Shown: positions 13,071 through 26,009 of the stretch, in pieces
How the letters are laid out: every line of letters starts with the position of its first letter
Position numbering within the stretch: the first letter of the stretch is position 1
Assembly (NCBI RefSeq): GCF_006345805.1
Contig: NC_043000.1
Location: 95,666,001 to 95,730,000 of the forward strand
Source of the DNA: Octopus sinensis
Lineage: Eukaryota
Direction of reading: 5' to 3'
DNA length: 64,000 nt
Made by a program: the position numbers and the translations under genes
Notes under the pieces: model-generated
Seen by the model: only the letters and a program-made list of their open reading frames with translations
The model's database searches: none
What the model was told of the DNA's origin: nothing

Positions 13071-13588
13071 TATATAGAAACATTTCCCACGGCACCAGCA
13101 GACAAAATGGAAAAAGCGTTGCTCCAGAGGATAGCGAAGGAGATGTGCGTGAATTTGGTAGACGGAAACTATGTGGAAGCCGATATGTGTGACTGTCTTT
13201 GTTAGCTCTCCCCCCACACACATACACACTACTTGACAACCGGTGTTTGTTTGTTTATGTGATCGTACTTAGCGGTTCGCAAAAAGAGAATGATTGAATA
13301 AGTACCAAACTTTAAAAGAAATAAGTACTGGGTTTCGATTTGTCTGAGTAAAACTCCTCAAAGTGGTTACCTAGCATGGCAGCAGCCCAGTGACTGAAAC
13401 AAGTGAAATATAAAAGATACAATAACAGTATCTCGCCTCCAAAACAGTTATTCGGTAAGTTAGTGGGAAAAGATGTAAGGGAAATAACTCTGTAAAACTA
13501 TTTAAGATTTTGATTAAAATTATCGGAGAATTCTGACAGAAGCTAAAATTAGAGATTAATTTAAATGATGGCCAGAGAGACCCTACAT

Positions 13589-13702
13589 CAGTCATAGACA
13601 ACCTGCGGCCCGAGGGCCTTTATGAATGGCACACCTAATGAAAATTTACATTGAATTTTTTAGTCGTGCAGCCCGCTTTTCGTCCAAGGTTGCCCATAAC
13701 TG
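13589..13702. mobile_element. hAT-type MITE (114 bp)
   Basis: TIRs CAGTCATAGACAACCT / AGGTTGCCCATAACTG, subterminal GCGGCCCG and a degenerate 8-bp flank match (CCCTACAT / TCCTATAC). Confidence 0.6.
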
Positions 13703-14394
13703 TCCTATACAGTAACTCAACCTGCTAGATATAATGGCTAAATGTTCCTCATGTTATACCTTACTTTCTTAAATACTGAAAGGCTACAATCTATATTATA
13801 GTCCTACATAAGCCATAAGCTCCCAAAAGAGAGGATCTTCACAGTTGAAATGGCTCTAAACTATGGCTAAACAAAACTGAACTAGCAAGCATTTTTAACT
13901 CCTTAAATAAGGAAAGGTTGCATTCTTTAGTGTAGAACTGCATAAGCCCCAAAATGACAAGATAGTCACGGCTGGATTGACTCTAAACTACGGTTAAACA
14001 AAACTGAACCCACAAGCTTTTTTTAACTCCATAAATAAGAAAAGGTCGGATTTATAATATAGTCTTACACACCCCTCTGCCCCCCCCCGACAGGATGGTC
14101 ATAATTGGAGTGGATGTAAAGTATAGCTAAAGAACATTTAAGTAACAAGCATTTGTAACCACCATTTCCTATAACCCACTTCTAAAAACATTAGGTTTTT
14201 ATGCTTATATGGAAAATGTGGTGGCTGTTGGCAAGTCTAGAATTCCATGTAGAATATTATCATCCAGTCTGCTCCCAGCATAGTGGTGGGAATCCAGTTG
14301 CACTTGGAGCCCCCAATGCAGACATTGCAAAGAGCCACAGCATTGAAAGATATGTAAGGAACAAATTTTACATATATATATATATATTTGTGTG

Positions 14395-14644
14395 GAGGTG
14401 TGTGGCTTAGTGGTTAGGGTGTCAGCATCATGATCGTAAGATTGTGGTTTCGATTCCTGGACGGGGTGATGTTTTTTTCTTGAGCAAAACACTTCATTTC
14501 ATGTTGTTCCAGTCCACTCAGCTGGCAAAAATGAGTAACACTGAGATGGACTGGCATCCCATCCAGCTGGGGAACACATACGCCATAGAAACCGGGAAAC
14601 CGAGCCCATGAGCCTGGCTAGGCTTTAAAAGGGCGCATTTATTT

Positions 14645-14645
<1 letters not shown>
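14395..14645 (+). mobile_element. Second tRNA-derived SINE family (Meta/V-domain-like core)
   Basis: Head GGAGGTGTGTGGCTTAGTGGTTAGG...TTCGATTCC, core CTTGAGCAAAACACTT and GATGGACTGGCATCCCATCCAG. Related heads lie at about 14727 and 52280. Confidence 0.7.
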
Positions 14646-14650
<5 letters not shown>

Positions 14651-14716
<66 letters not shown>

Positions 14717-14720
14717 ATGT
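14651..14720. repeat. (TA)n(TG)n compound microsatellite
   Basis: Seen directly. Confidence 0.97.
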
Positions 14721-15329
14721 ATGTTAGAGGGCACATGGCCTAATGATTAGGGTGTTGAACTCATGATCTAGTTAGTGATCATTATTTCAATTCCTAGATC
14801 TGGTGGTGCATGAGTTCTTGAGCAAAAAAACTTCATCTTACATTGTTCTGCAGTCACTTCAACACCTGATGCATGGTGCACAATGCACCTTTTCAGACAA
14901 CATTGATTTGATGGAAAGACTGAGCTAATTTGCAGTACAAACATTTGATCACTTTAAACAAATCATTTGTGCAGGTCATTTGGCAAAAGCTGAATGCTCA
15001 TGCAAACCCTTTAGCATTCAAGATTATTCTGTTAAATGCAATGTTTGTTTATTCATATTGTTTTGAATTAATCATGCATTATCTTGTAGCTTCAGGATAC
15101 CAGTGATCTGCTTGTTTATTCTTAGAATAGCATTGTAGGGTTGGGGTAAGAGGCTGGATCTGGCCAGTTTCAACATGAAACAGGTTAAATATTTTGGCCT
15201 GATGTGGCTGGTTTGAATGCTGAAGGGTTTATGATGTAAATTAACATGAAATTTTAATGGAAGGTTTTAATTTAGATCTCTTTAAAATGGGAAGTTTGTT
15301 CTATAAATCTAAGAGCAGTCTCAGTCAAT

Positions 15330-15760
15330 CATCATTGTTTAATGTCTGCTTTCCATGCTAGCATGGGTTGAATGATTTGACTGAGGTCTGACGAAGCAGA
15401 TGGCTGCACCAGACGCCAACCACTCCGAGAGTGCAGTGGGTGCTTTTACGTGCCACCAGCACGAGGGCCAGTCAGGAGGTACTGGCAATGGCCATGCTCA
15501 AATGGTGCTTTTTATGTGCCACCTGCACAGGAGCCAGTCCGGCAGCACTGACAACGACCTCACTCAAATGTTTTTTTCTCGTACCACCAGCACAAGTGCC
15601 AGTAAGGCAATGTAGGTAACGATCACACTCGAATGGTGTTTTTTACGTGTCACTGGCATGGAGGCCAGCTTGTTGCTTTGGCAATGATCACACTCGTATG
15701 GTACTCTTAGCGCACCACTAGCACGGATGCCAGTCATTGAATTTGATTTAAAACGGTCTA
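15330..15760 (-). mobile_element. Non-coding RTE-tail element, same subfamily as 6310-6740
   Basis: The reverse complement shows the same ordered set of diverged units and the same tail. Confidence 0.85.
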
Positions 15761-16194
15761 TGGGTGTGTGTGTGTGCACAATACTGTCTCTTTGCAGCTG
15801 CACAGCTTGATAGTTGTAAACGAGTGTTACCATCATGCTAGTGGTGTCCTCTATTTCCATTCTTCTATGAAAATTTTAGTCATGAGGAAATATCTTACAT
15901 GGAATCAGGTGAGAGTTGGCGACAAGAAGGGCATCTGGCCATAGAAAACCCACCTCAACAAATTCCATCCAACCTATGCGAGCACAAAAAGTGGATGTTA
16001 AAACACGATGATGATAACATATAAAAAATTTTTGATTATAAATCTGTTGGATGGTGGTTGGGTTCAGGTTGAACAAGTATTTCACTTTTAGGAAAGGAAT
16101 AAATGTCACAGCCCCATCATTTTGTCTCAACTAGAACTATGTATCTAAATGAAATCAATATATCAAATTTAGTTTACTGCAAAACTATCTATAG

Positions 16195-16745
16195 ATGCCG
16201 AGATGGCTGTGTGGTAAGAAGTTTGCTTCCCAACCACATGGTTCTAGGTTCAGTCCCACTGCATGGCACCTTGAGCATGTGTCTTCTACTACAGCCTCAG
16301 GCCAAACAAAGCCTTGTTAGTGGATTTGGTAGATGGAAACTGAAAGAAGCTCATCGTGTATATATGAGAAGGCATAGGAGTGGCTGTATGGTAAGTAGCT
16401 TGCTTACCAACCACATGGTTCCGGGTTCAGTCCCACTGTGTGGCACCTTGGGCAAGTGTCTACTATAGCCTCGGGCTGACCAAAGCCTTGTGAGTGGATT
16501 TGGTAGACGGAAACTGAAAGAAGCCTGTCGTAAATGTACATACATATGTATGTGTGTGTGTCTGTTTTCCCCAACCGATGTTAGTGTGTTTACATCCCCA
16601 TAACTTACCAGTTCAGCAATAAAGCCTGATAGTATAAGTACTAGGCTTACAAAGAATGTCCCAGGGTTTTCTTCGACTAAATAAAAAAAAACCTTTTAAG
16701 GTGGTGCTCCAGCATGGCTGCAATCAAATGACCGAAACAAGTAGA
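16195..16745 (+). mobile_element. Two head-to-tail copies of the major SINE (head half at 16195-16365, full copy at 16370-16745)
   Basis: Same head and body as the 12680-13070 family, repeated twice. Confidence 0.88.
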
Positions 16746-17024
16746 ATAAAAAAAAATATATATATATATATATTTATTGAAATGATGACGATTGCTTTGT
16801 GTTTTTGCTCAAGGAACCGAATAGCAATTTGCTACTTCCACTTCAATATAAAAACCAATCCAGAATATACCAACGTTTTCCAACATGGGGTAACATGAAA
16901 TAGAGTAAAACAAAATTAAGACTGGTTGGAATGTTACTAGATACTTCATTTGAGACATAGCTGATGGGTTTGTAAACCTGAAAATTAACATTTGTTTTGT
17001 AGGATTTTAATTTTATTTATTTAT

Positions 17025-17392
17025 AGGCATAGGAGTGGCTGTGTCGTAAGTTACTTGCTTACCAACCACATGGTTCCGGGTTCTGTCCCACTGCGTGGCA
17101 CCTTGGGCAAGTGTCTTCCACTATAGCCTCGGGCCGACCAAAGCCTTGTGAGTGGATTTGGTAGACGGGGACTGAAAGAAGCCCGTCGTATATATGTATA
17201 TGTGTGTATATATGTTTGTGTCTGTGTTTGTCCCCCCAACATCCCTTGACAACTGATGCTGTGTTTACGTCCCCGTAACTTAGCGATTCTGCAAGAGACC
17301 GATAGAATAAGTCCTGGGGTCGATTTGCCCGACTAAAGGCGGTGCTCCAGCATGGCCAGTCAAATGACTGAAACGAGTAAAAGAGAGTAAAG
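17025..17392 (+). mobile_element. Full-length major-family SINE
   Basis: Runs GGCATAGGAGTGGCTGTGTCGT... to ...GAAACGAGTAAAAGAGAGTAAAGAG. Confidence 0.9.
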
Positions 17393-17652
17393 AGATATTT
17401 TTTCTTCGCCCAACTTAACACTTGAGAGTTTGGTTGGAAATTGCGTGTTTAGTTAAATGTTAACAGATCTGTGAGGAAATATGAAGAGTTATGTACCTTG
17501 CTCAGAACACCCACTCAGTATTTTTATTTTTCATGAGGTTTGAAACTTTCGATAAAATCATTTGTAATCCAATATGTACAGTTAACGTTGGCACTACACT
17601 TCATTCCATTTTCTTCTCTTGCCAAAATGTCTTATATATTCCATTTTTGCAG

Positions 17653-17710
17653 TCAATGCACTGGGCAAGTACAAAACCTAAACCTTTTCAAGTGAAGAAC
17701 AATGCAGAAG
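17653..17710 (+). CDS. DNAJC12: DNAJC12 coding exon 4
   Basis: tttttgcag|TCAATGCACTGG...GCAGAAG|gtaat. The 58 nt read SMHWASTKPKPFQVKNNAE(+1 nt). SMHW is the conserved DNAJC12 linker motif. Confidence 0.88.
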
Positions 17711-19135
17711 GTAATGAACCAGTTTTTATACTTTACCTGTCTGTTTGGAACAATAATGTAATTTTTTTTTAATTAGGCAAAAATGAATCTTGACACATTT
17801 TATGTTTGGCTTCTTACTGTATATGTTCTATTTACACGTAAGAGCTAGAGGCAGGATATGAAATCAGAACCATGATGCTCTAATTAAATATTATATAACA
17901 TATATATGTGTAGTTACACATACATGTGTTTTGAATTTACTGTTGCTATTCAGTTTCAAACCATGTACATTTCATACAATAGCATCTTTATGCTACCTGA
18001 GTACATGTGGAATTAGCAACTGAATACATAAATTTTATATGTATTGCATATTCTGCATGGCTATGGGGGAAATATTACCTTATTTGGTAACAGTAAGAGC
18101 ATCCAGCTATAAAAAATCTGTCCCAACAAATCCAATCAAACCCATGGAAGAGTGGATGTTAAAACGATTATGATAAATGTTAGTGTCAACTCACTCCTTG
18201 CACAGCTCAGAGCTCATACAAAATGTTTTGCTTTTAATTGGGCACTTGTTTTAATTTACCAAATGATTCAATCATAGGTATGTGATATATGATCTTCCTA
18301 ACTCACACTTTAATTTACCTGATATATTTTCAACACAAATCTGTTCTGTACTAACTTGATTTTAGAACTGAAAATTATCACCGAAGAACCTAGTAAAAAC
18401 TATTATGAGAGCATTCCCAAAACATCTTTCTTACTTAACCCAGCCAAAAAGAAAAAATAGCTGAAGCCTTAATCACTGTTACAAAAGCAACAGCTATACT
18501 GTGTCCAGCACCAGAATCTACATGCATACAGAAACAGAGTAGATAGTGACAAAAATAGTTGTTCAGATTGTCATGTTGCTCTCCTTACAATTCATCACAA
18601 TATGGTTCTAAACTGGTGTAGTATAATTGGACCAACAGATCTGAATTATACCTTGTCATTTAGCCAACTGTAACATCAAATGACTGACAGAGCTAATTGA
18701 AGGTAACACAAGGTACCTGTCAATTCATTCGGTTTTAAATCTATTAGCTTAGCTTGTATCATTAACACCTTCGTTACCACATTTCTGATGATAATCTTGA
18801 AAATAATGAAGAATTTAGTGAAGTAACTTTATTATTGAGTTGATGTTTAAAAAAGAAAGTAGCATGGTATTTTGATGGGAGGGTTTAATTTAAATCACAT
18901 TCAAATGTAGAAGTTTCTATTACAGAACCAGGGGTAAAGTAAATTTGTTGTAATTAAGCTGCTGTTTAGAAAATAAATTATGAAATTTTGATGGAAAATA
19001 TTAATTTAAATTGTATTTAAAATGTTTTTACCATAGAACCAAAAGGTCTCAAGCGGGTCGGTATCAAACGGGTTAATCACATTTTCATAAGTAATCTTGC
19101 AAGATAATTTAAACAAAAAAAAACTTTTCTTTCAG

Positions 19136-19227
19136 ATGAATGTCCAGCTAAACTCGAAAAATGTCCACAATGGCACAAAAGAGATGACTGTCCAATGCTT
19201 GAAAAATTCCGTAACTATGAGATCTAG
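19136..19227 (+). CDS. DNAJC12: DNAJC12 terminal coding exon
   Basis: ctttcag|ATGAATGT...GAGATCTAG reads (D)ECPAKLEKCPQWHKRDDCPMLEKFRNYEI*. The C-terminal KFRNYEI* is the DNAJC12 signature ending. Confidence 0.92.
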
Positions 19228-22200
19228 CCAGCCTTCTTATTTGTTCAAAGTGAATTTAGCTATGTTTGAAAATGATAGGATACATGGATTTTGACCAATG
19301 AAAAAATATTTTATTCTCTAGAATGAATTTTAGGTTTTATTATTTCACAGAAGAGATGAAAATATGTTTCCCATTGAAGACGGAATTTTTTTTTATTTTC
19401 ATTTATGGCCTTATTAGATAGCTCAATATAATTTGGATTTGAAGTTTTGTTCTCTAATATAATTTTACTTCTGTAAACATTGTACTTGACAATCACAGAA
19501 CAGCTTTAAAATGACTTTATTGTGTATATTTCATTAAGGTATGTTTATTGATAAACATTTGCTTCAAAGCTTTTGAAAAGAAATTAAACAAAACACACTC
19601 CAAAAGCCAAAGAAGGAACTTCTTTCCAGGGCTTCTCAGGATAGAGTGCATGTCCCCACCTGTTTTTGGTGGAGCATGGATTACTTTCAAAAAAGGGATC
19701 ATGAAAAAAGTGAACGCAATAATTTTAATTAAAACTACATCTATATATACCTGATATATGCTGTGGTGGATTCTATTTCTTTTATTTAAAAAAAAAATCA
19801 AAATAGAGTGAGAGGCAAAAAAATATTGAAACATTGTTCTAGTCAGTCATTGGGCTGCTAGAAACAGCAGTCAAGTATTCCCCCAGTCACACTACCATCT
19901 TGGCTAGTGTATCACAGGTTTGCACGATAATGGCTAACCTCAATCTAAATGAAATGTTTAAAAGTAAAGTGTGATGACTAAGTTTTGGAAATTATTACTA
20001 CAGCTGCATACACTCCTACAGTGATCATTATATATACATACATATTGCATCTTGTATCAAGATTATAGCTTCAACATTTATTCGGAAATAAAAATTATGA
20101 TGTTGCCATTTTGCTTCTTCACATTATTATTGCTTGCATGTGAAAGTTATTGGAGAACAGAATTGGTAGCATGTCATGCCATTTGATTATCTTCATATTA
20201 TTGCCACCAAGATGGACTTGAACATGCAAATATAATTCTTTTTATTACTGAGTGAAGAAATGTTTTCATACATACACATATAATATTAATATCCTTGAAA
20301 AGCACATGAATATCATATGTTCTTACTTCCATTAAAATAGCAGATATGGTCAAGAAGGTATAGTAGAAAACTGAAATACCTATTTTCCTAATGATTTTAA
20401 ATTTCAGATGAAATCCTAATATGTGATAAAATGATATGTTGGTGGTAACTGTGTTTGTGTATATATCTCATTGTTAATTTGATGATAGATATTTATATAC
20501 AACAAGCTGGACCCGTGAAAAATTCACAGAAAACAAAAAAATGTAAGCATCTGTAAACAGTGTACTGGTGCCATGAGAAATGTTTATATATTATAACCGT
20601 CTGTCTTTATGTTCTGAGTTCAAATTCTGCTGAGGTCGACTTGGCCTTTCGTCCTTTGGGGCTCGATAAATTATGTACTAGTTGTGTACTAGAGTCGATT
20701 TAATCAACTGGCCCCCTCCCCACAAAAATTCAGGCCTACAAAAGTTATGTGACAGAGAAAATAATGTAACACCAATGACTATAATCCAACAAAAATATCT
20801 GTTATACAAACGTAAACAGAATTACTATTTAACCTTAAAATACATCGTACATATTCAAAGGACCTTCTTGGTTTAGCGGTACGAAACGTTTTTCTGGTAT
20901 TCTTTTATTCGTTTACTTGTTTCATTCATTTGACGGTGGCCTTGTGAGTCAAAGAAATTGACCCCTGGACTTATTTCCTGTAAGCCTAGTGCTTATTCTA
21001 TCAGTCTTTTCTGCTTAACAGCTAAATAAGAGACGCAAACGCACCAACATCGGTGTGAAGCAATGATGGTGGTGGGACACACACATCATATATAGATATA
21101 TATATATATGATGGGCTTGACGGTAGAGGTGATGTTGGCTGGTGCGATTTTATGGTTTGCTGGTATGCCGAGAGAGAGAGGCAGACAGTAAGTATCAAAT
21201 AGTCCACAAGGAAGTTTTCACCTCTCTTTCTACCTCTTGCTTTGCCACTGACTAGAATTGTTTTTTTTTTTTTGGAGGGGGGGGGGCGTCTCATTCGATA
21301 CTCTGACCCCAATGTTTTTGTGTATCCTCGGATCGTCCCCTCTTTCTCAACCTCATGGTTAATAAAGAAATTGACATCCAATATTTGCTTTGTGTAAGTA
21401 TCTACTGTCTCTCTCTCTCTCCCTTTGTACCCCCTCTTCTGATTTAACAATGTGTATACTTATTTCTCTTGCAATGAACGCCGTCACCACTCACTGTCTG
21501 TCACACATCCTCTCTCTCGCTTTGCCACTTCTTTGAAGTGTGACACACAACACAGAAACGTACAAAAACAAAAAGTTAGCGTATTAATATTATTGATAAT
21601 CCCTTGCTATATCGTGTTCATTATTTAAGCTGATGTCGATTCCTCCGTGGTGTTGTTTTGCATTTATAATAAAATATATACAAATCAAAAATATATAAGC
21701 ACAGTACTGCTTCTACTTCGCAGATTTCCACCAATCGCGGGGGAGGGGGCGTAACACCCGCGATAGTCGTGGGATTAGTGTATATCATACATATATTTAT
21801 GCACACAGTTTGTATGAGAAACCGAAAATAAAATTAAAAGTAGCAATCTAAATGTATTTTAAAGCTCTCTTGAAAACAGACAAATATAGAGACGCAAAAT
21901 ATATATTTTGTTTCCTTTGCACAAAGAAAAATAAGACAATGTTTCAGTGTTTTAACCATTTATCAGAAGCCAAGTACCTCCAACATTTTTTTTTTAATAT
22001 ATAAACGCTGCCAGTTATTCTGGTGAGAACCCAAAAACCAACTTAATTTTTGCTGCTGTAACAATAATAAAAGAGTTGACAGTTTGCGTTTAGTGCTTCT
22101 AGCAGTTTTAAATTTCAGTTTATGAATAGTGAAGAAGTATGCTTTGCAACTACAGTTCTGAGTTCAATCCCATATGTAGCAGCTATAATGTTAAATGCAA

Positions 22201-23419
22201 TAGCTTCAACTACTTTCGTCAACAAACTTTGCAGAAGTCAATCCAGCGCGTGTACAATTTGTGATAAGGAAGGGACGTAACTCGTCTCAGCATTTCGTTA
22301 ATAAATTTATATTGATAAACCTCAGTACTGAGGTTTAATAATTGCCTAAAACCCCTTAGAGGTGATGATCTTAGCATGCCAGCAGCCCAGGTACTGAAAC
22401 GAGATTTTGTTTTTTCTATTGTGGTTTCAAATTCAGATCCATTATGTATTTCTTTCGGCAAGTGTCATCTACTATAGCCCCACATCAACCAATGCTTTGT
22501 AAGCAAGTGGAAACTGCAAAAGCCCACCATGTGTATTTATCTGTCTGCCTCACTGCTTTAGAGTATCTCAAAAACTTAGCAGTCTAGCAAAAATACACTG
22601 ATGTAAAAAAATACTGATTTGTCAAAATTACAAGATATTTTAATTGTTGAAGCTGGGGTTGTTTTTTACTATAATGATTCAAGTAACAAATACCTCTACG
22701 TTCACACCAGGCAATGCTTGAAGACCTTTGCATCAATAATTCTGAATATTAACCTTTCTGCAAATTGTAGGGCAGCAAACGTATTGCTCCCCTGCCTTAC
22801 AAATTAAACAATAATAAAATTAGAAAGTATGATTAATAAAAACTTTGATATAAAAACAATTACTTTATTCTTGCATCATTACTGCTTTATGAATTAGTTA
22901 ACCTTTTAGCATTTAAACTGACCGTATCAGGCCTCATACACCTACCCTACAATGTTATTCTAAAAATAAAGAAAAACATCATTGAAATTTCAAAGCTACA
23001 ATGTAATGCATGCTTAATACACAACAATTTGATTATACAAGCATTACATTTACCAAAATAATGTGAATACTAGAGTTAATGAAATTTAAGGAAAATAGTT
23101 TACAAAATTGATGAAAAAAAAAAATTATATAATTTTGTAACCGGAATATTTAATGTGAAATGTGTTTGACAACTATTAATTACATTGATATTTGGATGGA
23201 AATTAGCAAGTTTTAGCCCTATATATTATCGCACCATTCCAGATCCCGGTCACTAATAACTCAGGACCCTTAATGTTCAAAATCTTTACAGGTGTTTACC
23301 AATGACTTGCATAGGCACAGATCCCCCCCCCCGGTCACTATTAACCACTTTACCAACATCATAACTGATGAAGACTACATGTAGTTCATAAGAATGTATA
23401 AGGATTAAAAGTTGAAAGA

Positions 23420-26009
23420 CTCTCAAGCAGATGGAGGTTGGAGAAAAAAGGGATGGAATCAACATAAGCCATGTAATCAGATAGTGAGTGGCAGATTGGA
23501 TTTATCTGGAAACAGCAAAATAAAGGTCAAATTAATGCTTACAGCACCAATTTCTAGAACCCCAGAGAATACTCTACTTAAAAGTAAAGCAATTTCAAAC
23601 AGCAATACATTGAAATTAAAACAATGTAAAATACCAGTTATAATAAACAGAATGATAACACAAATGATACGAGAATTTCTTTTATTGATTTTTTCTTTTT
23701 CCTTTGTTTTTTTTTTTTAAAGTTTTTCTGCTGTTTTTTTTTTATGTTAGCTTGCTATTTTGCAAATTTCAACATAAAAGTTGTACAGTTTGGGAGTGCT
23801 AAATTGGAGGCAGAGCTAGCTACGACTTTTTTTTTTAGGAGATACTAAAGTTAGCTTGTAGCCAAATATACTGGATAGGGGGAAAAGAAAAAAAAACCCA
23901 AAACTGTAGCCCCAAACATAATGAACTAATATATAATTATTAGTCAGATTCCACAGATGAATTAACTAAATGCAGTATTAAGTATATAGCTCCTCCTCCT
24001 TTAATTTCCTAGAAATTATTCCAGACATCAAAATACAAGACAGGGTTATGACAAACAGGTTGGTTAAAAAAAACCTGCATTTGAAACACAATCACAACTC
24101 CACTTGTGTAGAAATGGACCGATGAAGTGATAACTAAGGTAAAGAAAGGGAATAAGATTATTGACCAACCTTAGGCAGCACTATATGACAAAGAAAGTTT
24201 TTTTTTTTGTTTAGCTTGATTTTTGTTTTTTCTTCTTCCCCCTCCTCCTTTAATAATAATGAACTTGATAAGCTGAAAGATTAGGAGCTAACTGACCAGG
24301 AAATAGGCAAGTGAGTGGTTGGATGTACCAGCAATATTGGAGAGAAAAGAGAGCACAAGACAGTTGCTATAGATATTAGATTATTTTGATTTACGATATT
24401 GCAAAGAAAAAAAATTAGAAAGAAAGGGAGGGAGGAAATAATAAAATATACATAAGGAAGTCCTTGGGGGTAGAGGTGACATTTAAGGTTTTGTAAAATC
24501 CCTCTGATGAATCAGATAATGGTGAATTATATATTATACTGAACAAATTCAAGTTACCTTTTGAACATTGCATCTCCAACAGAGATAAGATAGATAAAAA
24601 GTGAATATTAGTCATATAACTGACAATATTTTGTTTTTAAATTGAAGTAGATCCCATGCATAAGGAAAATAAAAAGACAAAAACAATAATTTCAATACTT
24701 AGATCTTAATAAGAAGCAAAACAGGGAATACATCTAATTCAATTTTTAAAATACCAAACATTGTAATTTTAAATTTTTTCTTTTTTCCTTTTTGTCTTTT
24801 TTTTTTGCAATTTCACTGAATCACAAATCTGGATTGGTATAGTTCGAGAACAGGAAGAGACTTAAAAAAAAATATAAAGTGAAAAGTGGGATTACAAACA
24901 ACAATGTTCAACACCCAGGATGATCTTAAGGTTTACTGCCAGCAGTAGTCCAAGTAAGAAAAAAGAACAGAAGGAACAGATAGAAAAAGTAGGGCACTCC
25001 CTTATTAAAAGAAAAAAAAAGTTAAATATTTAACAGAAAGAAAGAAAAACAATATTTAAACCTCTAAAACTATTTATTTTTCCATTTTAGTACTAGACGA
25101 TTTTCTGATCAAAGAGAGCATAGAAAATATATAAATAATAAAAGAAAAAAAAAAACAAAGAAATCCAGCCACTCTCATGATACTAATTCAAGTAGAACTT
25201 CAAGAAATATTATCAAGCCATTCCGAAAGCCCCCAACAAACACAACAGTTATATTTTACAAAGAGATAAGGCAAATATCCGAGAACTGTAAAGGTAAAAG
25301 GAAATGGGTGTGGAGAGAATTAAAAAAAGTTTTGCTTATTAAGATTTTTCACCTTTGTCATATAGCACTTCTCCAAAGTTACTTGCAATCACCTATCCTC
25401 TCTTCAACCTCCCTCAATAGATTTTATGGAGGGGCACCCATGGCAGAGTAAGTAGAGTATTTTTTTTACCTCCTCTACCTATTCAAGAGGATACCTGGAA
25501 ACTAAGGAAGAAGAGAACAAAAATGGAGAAAAATAAAGTTCCATCCATCAAAGTTGTGTGTGAGAGTGTGTGTGTGTATGTGTGTAACAGAAACATAACC
25601 ATAAAAAGAAAATCACTTAAGAATTGGGATCAAAAACATTGAGGGCACAGGGGTAGGGAGTGGGGGCATTAAGTGTTTACTTTTGGTCATACATATTACT
25701 TTTCTCTCCATTAATGCATCTCTTAGTGAGGAAGCAAATATATTTGCTAGCTTGCTTAGCTGAACACAGCATCATCACCAGTAAGACATCAATGATGCCT
25801 TTTTGCTCGTACCATTAGTCAACTCCAAGGAGAATCCAGTTAACTACATCCCTTATATGCAAGTTGGTGACATATCTTTAAACCAATTAGCAGGGATGTC
25901 ATTGTAGTAGTAGATGTAGTAGTAATGGCAGTTATGGTGATGGGAAGGAGCTGCAGTAACACTAGCAGTGCCACTATATCAGAACACCTACCATCCCAAG
26001 GAGTTGGAG
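23420..26009 (-). other. Probable long 3' UTR of KANSL1
   Basis: Follows the stop codon directly and is U-rich on the sense strand with no recognisable transposon. Candidate AATAAA signals on - lie at 25073-25078 and 23681-23686. The true end cannot be determined from sequence. Confidence 0.45.

Noticed and set aside
17025-17100. tRNA genes at SINE heads (also about 14395, 43850, 52280)
   Set aside because: A/B-box-like motifs are present, but there is no full cloverleaf and each runs into a SINE body.
23365-23395. Hammerhead core CTGATGA-AGACTACATGTAGTTC
   Set aside because: A stem II-like palindrome exists, but GAAA is missing (CATAAG) and there is no stem I or III. At most it is a decayed remnant.
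24504-24530. Hammerhead core CTGATGA-ATCA-gataa-TGGT-GAAT
   Set aside because: A15.1 is not conserved, stem II is weak and there are no other stems. It is compatible with chance in AT-rich DNA.
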